Positions 53,701 to 64,000 of a DNA stretch of 64,000 bases are shown piece after piece. Source of the stretch: Paragordius varius. Lineage: Eukaryota; Animalia; Nematomorpha. Location: positions 11,470,001 through 11,534,000 of the forward strand of contig OZ176053.1 of NCBI GenBank assembly GCA_964247055.1, written 5' to 3'. Both the position numbers and the translations under genes were made by a program. Under the pieces are notes generated by a model, which searched no databases, was not told the DNA's origin, and saw nothing but the letters and a program-made list of their open reading frames with translations. The stretch's first letter is position 1. Each line of letters opens with the position of its first letter.

Positions 53701-54652
53701 TTGTGTTTCAAATTTTTCGCTGGCCACAAAATTACCCGGTGTGCCGTGTTTTGGAAACCACTGCCTATGTAATATCAATTTGTGTTTATGGTGAATAAAC
53801 GAAAATGGTCAATATAATAGCATATCGTAATTACAGAATTAAATAAAAACATATTTGTCGGGTTCGCCGAAATTGAAATTATAAAAATAAAAGCTTTGGT
53901 GGGCGTGGGTAATTTTATGTGACTAGCAAAATTTTGCATATCCTTATTATTTTGTTGAGACAAATCTATTGCCGCATATTTTGTGGTATTGACCAGAATA
54001 ATTAGTTTTTGGGAAGGAATTACTAATAAAATCATTTATTAGAATGATTTTAGTCCAAGCCCTGATATTAGTAATTTTAAAATTCCCCAATTATATATTT
54101 TATAACTATATAGAGTCAATAACTTTTACCAAGTAATATTATCACATAATTCCCTTTTCATGATGTAAAAAAGTCTATGCCATATTTTTGCACAGATAAT
54201 GGAGAAGAACTCTGACGAAGGAAGTGCTGTTTTGGAAAAATCTCTCAGCACAAACTCTGTAATAAATTTTTATTTTGGATTACATATATCCTAGTTGGGC
54301 TAAATTTTGCCAATTTTGTTTCTAGATAACAGTTCAAATAGTAAACAGTGGATTGGTAGTTCAATACAAAAATAACGAGTCCCTTGAAATTAATGTGTGT
54401 TTGCCAAAAAAATCTGACTTATGTCTAACAGGTTGTTAATATTTTAAATGAGAGTAAAATATTATTATTATTATTCATTAAATTTATTATAAGCTCTCTT
54501 CTTTTATTTAGGCGATGATATGCGTGAAGGCAAATTCCTAACATTAACTGTAATTTTTATACCTTAGAAAAAAATTGTTTTTTTTAAATTTTTTTTTGAC
54601 GATTTCTGCACCTAAAATTGATATAATTTTAAATTTTTCTATCCATATTTTA

Positions 54653-54694
<42 letters not shown>

Positions 54695-57600
54695 TATTTA
54701 GACAATAACACAATAAAATGTCGCTTATTTTATGAAATGCATCGGCTATTTATTACAATTAAATAATTGGGTATCTATAAATTTGGAAAGAACCGAAATC
54801 ACACCCAAAATTATTTTTCCCAAAATGATTAGAACCTTAGTTCTTCCGGAACCTCTTTTGTAAAAAAATAAAATTTCAAGTCTAAAACAAAAATAGTTTT
54901 AAATCGGATTCAAACCTGACTTCTATCCCTGATATTTGCTATATTTTGAAATTTAACAGTAAAAATTTGAACATTTGGTACAAATCTAATATATATCTAA
55001 ACTTTATCCACTTGAATTTATGTAATATATAACTTAATTATAACGCTTACTATGTGATATAACAAGGTACATACCATCTTAATTTGATTGTATATATTTT
55101 ATAGATTCAAAACTTTTTTATTAGTTATTTTATTTGTCAAATTTCGGTAAATAATTATAATTACATTATTCTTTGGCGTTATCGGTTTGATTTCCGTACT
55201 TTACATTTCTCGCCTTGTCTTTCCTCGTTACACCGCATATTAATCTAAACATTCTCATTTAAATAACCTCGTGCCTTAGTTAAATTCGAAAACAATTTAA
55301 GTTAATAATTCAAATTTTTTGGAGTTAAAATGTGTCTCCTTTCCATGCTTTGCAGTGAATAATTTTAAGTAATATTATAAGCGTTAGCCATAAAGTATAC
55401 GATCAGAATGAAGCACCCATATATATAATATTAATAAATATTTACTATTCGAATAGAAGTTTAACGGAGGTCGGGAGCCATATCAAGTATGTTATTTATA
55501 AACATTTTTTGAAACAATTGCTTTAGTAATACAAATACAATTATTTCCAAAACTAATATTAAATTAAGTTGCTTCTTTTAAAAGTGCTTGCATGAATATC
55601 CTTTAATTATATGTAGTTGTAAAATAATATACAGCAATATTTTTTCAATTTCTTGATAAAACTATTAAAAAAATCAATGCTGAGTTATATACATTCCAAT
55701 GAAATTCAATATTTTAATAGACAGTGGTCCCACCACTTTATATGCATAATTTATTATCCGATGACATTTTTCTTTTTGTGAAAGAAATATTAATTAAGCT
55801 TAGCTATAATATTCATTATCTTGAATGCTTTATTCACATATACCAATATATATACTATATTAAATAGGTAATATATCTAAAACATTATATCATAGTAGAA
55901 ATATAATTCATAGCCAAATGGGTGATATATTAATGTAGTTTCAGAGGCATAGCTTGCATTTCTGGCGCCTAGTGCATAAATTCTTGATGGCGCCCCCTTG
56001 GCCATCATGCAATCCCTTGCATTTCAAAAAATAATCAAATTTAGGCTGTGGTCAGGCCACTTATAAATGAATGATTTTTTATGCATTATTAAAAATAATA
56101 ACTTTTAAATACTTATTTTTTCCCCCTCTAGCTACGTGCAGTGTCCTACACAATGGTGGGCTACGATTTCATTTGAAAAATCTGACGGGCCTTAAAAATA
56201 TATATCGAGAACACTAAAATAATAGGTATAAAATATGGGAATGTAAAATCGTAAGACCGGATCTATTTTAATTTTTATTTATTCGCTTGGCCAATTCGCA
56301 CAGATTATTCAGATTGGCCTACATTTTGAAACTCAAGATGTTAAGTTTAGCATCATTTTAAAAATAAAAATTAGTTTTCTTATTTCGTCCATAAAATTTT
56401 TGAGTGATAATAGTTTATGAACGCATAGTACGAAATCCAATTTAAAAATAATATGCTAATATATTTATTTAACTGCATTTAACCCTTTACCGAACAATTA
56501 TATTAAATAAAATAATTACATTGCGGGCATCGGAGCAAAATATACTGAAATATATATCTGATTATAATCATCAGGCTCATGATGCTTCTAGTTTTGGGGC
56601 TGATAAGAAAGAAATTTAATTGCATTTTCGTGCATAATTGCTCGATATTGAAAATCGAAAAATCATCGCACATTCTGTGAATAATTTTTTGTGAATGAAT
56701 GTTCATTCGATACCATAAATGGTGACTGGAACGGGTAATTTTCATAATAAACCCAGATTTTGCGATACGAATTTTTTTACTATTTAGATTTTGACATCAA
56801 AATAATATTTTTTAAAAATACGTAATTTATCAATATATATGGTATTTGAAAATGGTTAAGATGGTATCAAAACAGTTTTAAAATTTTTATTTCTTTTGAT
56901 AAAATATTTTTTTTGAAGTTAAAAAACCTAGCCTTTGGTAATAGTTTTGGAGTCTGCGTCTAGAATATTGTGTAATATAATTATTGTTTTGTTTATAGTT
57001 AATGATATATTTTAGTAATATTTTTGGAATAAGCATTAAGCTGTCACTAAAAGGATTTATTTATCGAAATCTGCGCGAATTCCGCCATTTTTTGATATGG
57101 AACAAATACCACAAAAGTGGTAATAACTTTCTTCTGTAAAAGCAAAAATTAAAAACACCAAATCCAGATACTTCAAGATATATATCCCCTGTAGGGAGTC
57201 TATCCTCTTAACCAATATCAGCATTTGTTAATAAATTCTAATCAAATGTAAGCACATTTTTTGGTTTTTTTAAAAAGATCATACGCATCAAAAATTTAAA
57301 TAAATCAAGATTTATATGTTTTGTGATCAAATATTTTTAATTCCCAAATGAGGCACATTACCATTATTAATTTTATGTCAAATTTTGATTGGAAAATAAA
57401 AATTTTGTTATTTTGAACCAATTTACCAAGTCTGGTGATAACAAATAAAACTTAAATTACTGAAGGGAATGATTTGCAATAATCATTTTAATGAGGCATT
57501 GAATTCCATTATAGGGTTGGTGTAAAAATTGGAATAATCAAGTTATTAAATAGATTTTAAACTTTTCCGTATTTATCGTATTTTACGAATTTGGTATCTA

Positions 57601-59700
57601 AAAAGTCGTTTTTCTTTTTGATTTACATTTTTTATTTAAAAATATGAAAATATTTATACCCAAATGTAGACGGATTATATCTATGAAACTAATATTACCT
57701 GGAGACGTACTTACTTTACGAAACTCATATCCCTAGTAATCCCTTATTCTGGTAAACCCAAAGGTTTATATTGATTAAACTTAAATGTATAAAGCGTTTA
57801 TAGAAAAAGTTAACAATTTCATATTTCACAGTAAAAGATGAAATACGAACAAAACGTAAAAATATAAAGGCAAATATTTTTTTTAAAAGACAATCATACT
57901 TTTATAAACCTTAATTTTTCCTCTCTAAGTTACATTCTGATTGTGTTCGTAATATATATCTATTTCCTACTTTACCATTTTAAACAATGAGTTATATTTT
58001 GAAATAACAGATTTCAAAAGTATGGCTGTCTTTTAGAAAATAATTTGTCTTTATATTTTTACGTTTTGTCCGTGTATTTCAATTTTACTTACACATATGT
58101 TTATAAAATCGTTCACCACTGAATAAAAAGCTTTCTAAATGTTTTTTTCGGATTAAGCAATCAAAAATAGATAGAAAGTGATTACCGGGGTAACCAACAA
58201 ATATTCCTTCTCGGGCGGCATTTTTCACCGAAAAACCTAAACTGCATGGAATAAATAATGGGGATTAACATTTTATTAGATAAACACAAAACTGTGAAAT
58301 ATTAATAACAAAATATAAAACTTTTTATTTCAACAATGGCAGTAAGATGCCGAAATTCGGAAAGATCAGAATGAAAGAAATATCAATTTTACCAAGATCT
58401 ATTTTATTAACAGAAATATGTCTGCGAATAATGGAATAACCATATATTGGTATTATCTAAAATGTTCTTGGATGAACAAAATATCTCGGTTGGCCGCACG
58501 GTCCGCCGACCAAGTGTTAACCGACCAAAAGCTGTCGTTTACATCGATTTTTAAATTAGAAAATTTATATAATTTTTTAAATGTCCAATGTTTCTGAAAA
58601 TTAAGCTCCATGAAAATATATAATATCATCGTGCATTAATGATTCCTATTTGGAGCATTGCCATATAAGGAAAAAATTTCACAACGCTGATTGACTCTAT
58701 CCTCATTTAAAAAGCTAGCTGATATCTTTTTTTAGCTTAAATCAAATTCTTATTATTAATTACAAATAATCTTCTTCGAATCTTTCTATTAGTTTGGTTC
58801 AGTGGCACTCACCATAAAACTTTAAAGACACAAAATATATTTTTGTCTCAAAGGGGCCGTGCACCATATAATACGGATAAAAGCATAGCTGTTTGATACA
58901 TTTGCAGATATCTATACTAAAAATAAGTGCAACAAAAATATAATAAATAATTTAGGGCCACAAATAAGTAATTTTTGGGTCGCAGTTAAGGTATAATAAA
59001 AACAGCCTAACTTAATTTTTGTAATAAAAAATATGTCACACTAAGGGCCATGTGAATAGCTTAAATATCTTGTGGTTGATAATTTGAGAAAAAATTTATA
59101 ATAAGATATTACAACTCATTTTTAATAGCAAGTTTTAACGTCCTAAGTAGCAACCAGGCTCATTTGAATAGGTCTCTTAGTTTGGTAGTGTTATTGTTAA
59201 CTAATATATAATAAAACTTAGAAAATATTTTTTTTGAAAATTTGTACAAAAATTTTGTCTTTTATCCAAATTTTTTACTCACAAAAAAAGACAACCATTT
59301 AAGGCATCATTTGAGCTGAAAATATTGATTTTATAAAAATATTTTCCTTTTGTTTATAACCTTTTATTTAGATCTCAAAAAAGAAAACGAATATATTGAC
59401 TTGAAAGATGCATGCTACTTTTACGACGGACCCCGGATTTATAAAATTTTTGATGGAAGTCATTTTCGGTAATATTTGCGCAACATACTAAATAAACATT
59501 TAAAAAAAAGTTCAATCATTTGAAATTTATTAAACAGGGAAGCTCATCTAATCTCCAAAGACTCAGTAATCTATGAACAAGTTATATCACAATATGAAAA
59601 TTACCCACAAGCAGATGATTATAAGATAAAGAGGTTGGATACAAGCAAAATATTTGCCTATTTGCCAAAAAAGAATCAGACCTTTTTTACAAATTGGAAG
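50781..59700 (+). CDS. Candidate multi-exon gene of unknown identity (hydrophobic N-terminal segment, many N-glycosylation sequons); may be more than one gene; start and stop not located
   Basis: Stop-free, locally GC-richer AG...GT segments with compatible phases: 50781-50950, 51003-51111, 51852-52004, 52377-~52492/52515, (52574-52669 or 52990-53098), 54196-54258, 54326-54431, 54512-54549, 57670-57763, 59372-59468, 59538-59700. Example peptides: YFCFYYLVIFCAILLLMY; VNDPKEWNVLNLTSGEKIDLSDK; DLKDACYFYDGPRIYKIFDGSHFREAHLISKD. No family recognised. Confidence 0.5.
54658..54686. repeat. (AT)n microsatellite
   Basis: Direct dinucleotide run. Confidence 0.9.
57829..58090. mobile_element. Tc1/mariner-type MITE family T2
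   Basis: ~50-bp imperfect TIRs cagtaaaagatgaaatacgaacaaaacgtaaaaatataaaggc / gtctttatatttttacgttttgtccgtgtatttcaattttact. Confidence 0.7.
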
Positions 59701-60563
59701 GTAAAACCTTTAATTATTTATGATAGCATCAATTTTTTTTTAAAATAGCTTTTTTGATAATAGTTTTGCGTTGCGCAAAAGGGTAGCCTAACAAATTTTT
59801 AATATGATTAAGTATTTACTAAACAAAATTAACAGCTGATTATCATATATTTGTATTCCATGAAAATAAATGATACAAATTCTAAAATGGTAGATTCTTG
59901 ATAAAAGCGGTTGCTTTTTTTGCAAAATCTGATAGACGCAACGATTGGTTAAAATTTGTGTCGAATATATAATACTGGCTAATTTTTTCTAAAAGACGTA
60001 TTGATCATTAATTTAACCCAAAAGCCATCAGGCTCTCCACATAATAAAATATCATATGTCCATTAATGAAATAGTAATATGTTTCATAATACCGTTAAAA
60101 TATATTTCTTTTAATAACATATCCATAAAAGTAAAATATGAAAAAAAACCAATAAACTTAAATTGATGCATGTACCCTGGCCTAATATATGTCTCCAATA
60201 TGGTCTTAAAAAAGCTAAAAATCTAAAAATTTTTTATTTAACATTCGTTAAGTTTAATTTTAAAATAAAAGAGTTAATATAAATAAATTTTAATCATACT
60301 ACATATGTTTAATTGTAAAATTAATAATTTGATGGTAAAAATGTATATATTTAATTTTCCACTTATATGTTGACCTAAAAATTAAAATCTTCAAATTTCA
60401 TGGCAAAAATTAAATTTTTAAGGTGACAAAAACCTTTAATTGCATTGAAATATAAATTCTCTCTAATTATATTTAAAAAGAACTTTTATACCGTGTTCTG
60501 GAATGCTCTAAACATACCTTATGAACTTTAATAAAATTTGCTAAATTTGATTATATAAGTAAA

Positions 60564-62573
60564 CTAGCTGGCCCTATCACGCTTCGCTGTGACGCAGTCT
60601 CACCGATAATTTCTTAATAATTTGCAATACATGGAGGTAATTGAGATAAAAAAATAATAAAAAACATATTTAATAAAAAGAATGTCTTTATTATTCTTTT
60701 ACAGCTTTTTGCATAAGCTAAAATATTGTTTACTCGAAATTGACCATATTTAAACTGTCCCTTATTAAACTTAATATTCACCTATCATTGGATTTAGATT
60801 TTCTACGAAATCATGGTTAAAAGTTTTATTTAGTAATTGTATTTGGTCCCTTTTTAAAAGAAAGATTGATAAATAGATTCACCAGAAATGTGTTTAACTG
60901 AACTCGTATGGCTTCTTAAGTTTTTTGAAAATTAGCTCCAAAACCACGCCATTTTTGCATGGCGTCTCAGTTTTAAACTGGTAGACTCCTACCCATAGAC
61001 CTATATGGAAAAGCGCTGAGTTAAATTCTTTGTCTTTATAGGGAAAATATTTGGAATCTTTGATACGATCGTCTCATGGGTTATTCCAAAAATACTTCAA
61101 CACTATGTAATCGTTACATGATGGCGTATTTTTAGGGCACAAAGGCCCCAAATTAACGGCTAAAAAAACGCCTGACCTTTTTTACCTAGTTACGGGTAAT
61201 AATCCAAGCTTTTAATGAATTCATATGGCTTCATAAATTTTCCGTAAATTAGTTCTAGAACAACGCAATTTCTACATCGTGGCGCAGTTTTTGGCGGGTA
61301 GCTCCTCACCCAGAGGGTAAAAAAACGTTGAATTGTCTTTATATGGGGAATATCTGGAATTATCAGTGATTCCATATGTTCCTATTTGACTCATAGGTTT
61401 TCTGAAATTTGGTTCCAAAGGCATGCTGTATCTATATGGGGACGCAGTTTTACGCGGGTAGCCCCCTAACCAGGGGCGAAACAAAAAAACGCTCGATTAA
61501 ATTTTTGCCTTAATTCGGGTAATACCTGGAATCATGAGTGATTTCATATGCTCTCGTGGGATTTCCAAAAAATTACCTCAAAGCCAATAAGTCATTCTAT
61601 GGTGGCGCATTTTTCAGGGCAAGGGCCTAATTAAGGGGCAATTAATTAAAACAACTCTACTTAAATTTTCGCCTTTTTACGGGTAATATTGCAAGCCCTT
61701 ATTGAACTCGTATTGCCTGATAAGTTTTCTAAAAATTGCCTCCAACATGCTGTATCGATATGGTGGCGCAGTTGTGGGCGGGTAGCCCCCTGCCCATAGG
61801 CCAATATATAAAAGACGTTCATTAAAAATTGCCTTTATAGGAGAATACCTGAATCATCCTTCATTCCATATGTTCTTAATAGTTTTCGGAAGGATGGCTT
61901 CAAAACTAAATAATAGTTGTATGATAGAGCATTTTTTAGAGAGTGAATGGCCTAATTAACGGCTAATTTTAAAAAACCGCCTGACCTAAATTTTTGCCTT
62001 GTTACGGGTAATATTTTAAGCACCTATTGAACTTATATGGCCTGATAGGTTTTCTGAAATTTTATCTCAAAGGCACGCTATTTTGATATGATAAGGCAGC
62101 TTTAACGGGTATATCCTTATTCAGCAGCCAATATTAAAAAAAACTCACAAATCATATTTTTACCTTTTAACAGAGAATATCTGAATCATTAAATTTTACG
62201 GTCTCATACCCTGGGCGAAAAATAGATTAAAAAAATAATATATTTGACGGGGGAATCCGGGTAAATATAGGGCAATTAAAATAGCGAGCCGATGTTCGCC
62301 GCAATCGAAAATAAGCAAAAAAATCATATTTGAAATCGAATGGTCCAACACGTTTTCAAGAAAATTGTCTCAAAGACAAGATTTTAGTGGACTTCTTTTA
62401 AAAAACCCGTTTTTTACACAAAGTGGGCCCGAACTGGGGGTCTAATTCAAAAAAAGAGCGTATTGTCGGGACATTCATATTTTATGTTTTCGACATTTGA
62501 ATTTGAATGGGTCTACCAATTTTCCGGAAGCAGATCACTAAGCCACCACTTTCCATTTTTATAAATATATAGA
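60564..62573 (-). mobile_element. Non-autonomous Helitron, apparently complete, 2010 bp
   Basis: On the minus strand it starts TCTATATATTTATAAA after an A and ends CACAGCGAAGCGTG (hairpin)-ATAGGGCCAG-CTAG before a T. There is no TSD and insertion is between A and T, the established Helitron signature. Confidence 0.85.
60880..62190. repeat. Tandem array of ~8 diverged ~160-bp monomers of two subtypes inside the Helitron
   Basis: Anchor motifs ggcg(c/t)a..ttt recur near 60961, 61123, 61281, 61441, 61604, 61765, 61925 and 62094. Confidence 0.8.
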
Positions 62574-64000
62574 TTATGCGTTTCTACTATCCACGTAAAT
62601 TTTTTATACATTTTATAAATTTTTTTGCATAAGCTCGGCTTTTTGCTTTTGAGGGCTATCTATCGCATGCGTTAAAATTGAGTCATCCGATATTTAAACA
62701 ATTTAAAAATTATCGTGTCCAATGAAAAATGCATATCAAATTGTGAATAAGTCACAAATATTAATTTTCAGCTCTCAAATTATTTGGTTGTTTTTAGATT
62801 ATTTATTATTATTATTATTATTATACGAAATTATATTTATTATATTTTAGGAAAATAATACCATCAATGAAATACAAACGATTGCAATAACAAACGGTAC
62901 CCACCGACTATTTTTTCCGAAAAATAACCTTACTGTAAGAAATAATATATTAAATATTCTCATATTCCTCCCAAGGATCCTAAACCTATTCAATTCATAA
63001 AATTAAAGTTAAACTTGGTTTTAAAATAAAGGTGTGGGAGGGGTCGACGAAATGGCTAATAAAAAAAGTTTTATAAAACTTTGATAGTTTATAGCGTGTT
63101 TCATCCAACTGTTTAAGACATTGCATTGTGCTTTTTATTCTTATAACATGCCGTACTTATTTTTGTTTTTTGAAATGTAATAGCGATCCTAAATATAAGC
63201 ATTAATATAATAAATAAAAGGTATATTTATATATAAAAACAAGGTTTGTAAATTTCGGAAAACAATAACTCAAAACAGTTATACCCTTATAAAGATAATA
63301 TATCAATTTTTCTACAAAACCAAAAAACTCCTGCAGCTCAAACGAATATATAATAGGGAACCCTATCGAATAAACAATAAAAAACGGAATCAAAGATACA
63401 CCAAATTTAAATAATTTATTACATTTTTGTAAGTTTTTACCGTTTCTGGATGTACCAGGTGTTTTTATAATTTATTACCCGTTAAACTAAGAGGAGACGT
63501 CAGAGAAAAGTAGGCAGACGATTAATAACTTCTCCATCTAACATTAAACGACAAGCAACAAGAAAGTACCAAAAACTAGCGTCTTATTTTTATAAATAAT
63601 CAGGTCGAAATTTTTGCCGGAAAAAAACTTTTGTGGTACGCATTGACATTAGGTGAAAAAGAATGTTAAGTTATCGTTTGCGGGCAGAAAGATATGAACG
63701 TGCTCTCTGATTTACACATGTGAAACATGGTTTCGAAATTTAAGTTGTGTGATTTTATGTAAAGATGGGCGCTCTAGATTACACAGACGCTAAAGTGCAA
63801 GAGTTAAAGACAAACTGAAACAAAAAAATAATTGGCAGAATCAGTGCATTTATAATATAAGCAAACAACTGATAGATGTCTACGAATGGGAATAACCAAT
63901 AAACTCTTTAAAAGAGTGAATGTCAAAAAATGGCAAAGTGGCTTGTGAAATCCTGCTTCAACACAAAAGGAAATCATTTTTGCATGGGATCGGGACGGGT

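Noticed and set aside
61190-61484. Minus-strand ORFs within the Helitron array
   Set aside because: They are chance frames in GC-richer tandem monomers with no Rep or helicase motifs.
63480-64000. GC-richer fragments with short frames at the window end
   Set aside because: Multiple stops in all frames, no recognisable domain, and truncated by the window edge.

Overview
Very AT-rich (roughly three-quarters A+T by eye) eukaryotic genomic DNA with spliceosomal GT-AG introns; the gene content points to a metazoan. I found no prokaryotic features, CRISPR arrays, rRNA or tRNA. Four conserved genes were rebuilt exon by exon with consistent splice phases: a Yippee-like gene (YPEL, +, 4 coding exons), an intronless YKT6 (-), an Integrator subunit 15 / C7orf26 orthologue (INTS15, +) whose start codon lies only 63 bp from that of YKT6, and importin beta-1 (KPNB1, -, 24 exons, 942 aa). 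A fifth, unrecognised multi-exon gene for a probable membrane or secreted glycoprotein is suggested at about 50.8-59.7 kb. Introns and intergenic DNA are full of non-autonomous DNA transposons (Tc1/mariner-, piggyBac-, PIF/Harbinger- and hAT-like MITEs), a 2-kb Helitron with an internal higher-order tandem array, and an RTE-LINE remnant. The most notable points are 25-28 nt introns at gene 5' ends alongside kb-sized TE-filled introns, a non-canonical YKT6 prenylation motif (CSCII), a nested and inverted MITE complex just upstream of KPNB1, and a duplicated decoy splice acceptor next to a fold-back element. I did not find a clearly new multi-gene system. All homology calls come from remembered family sequences, not database searches.
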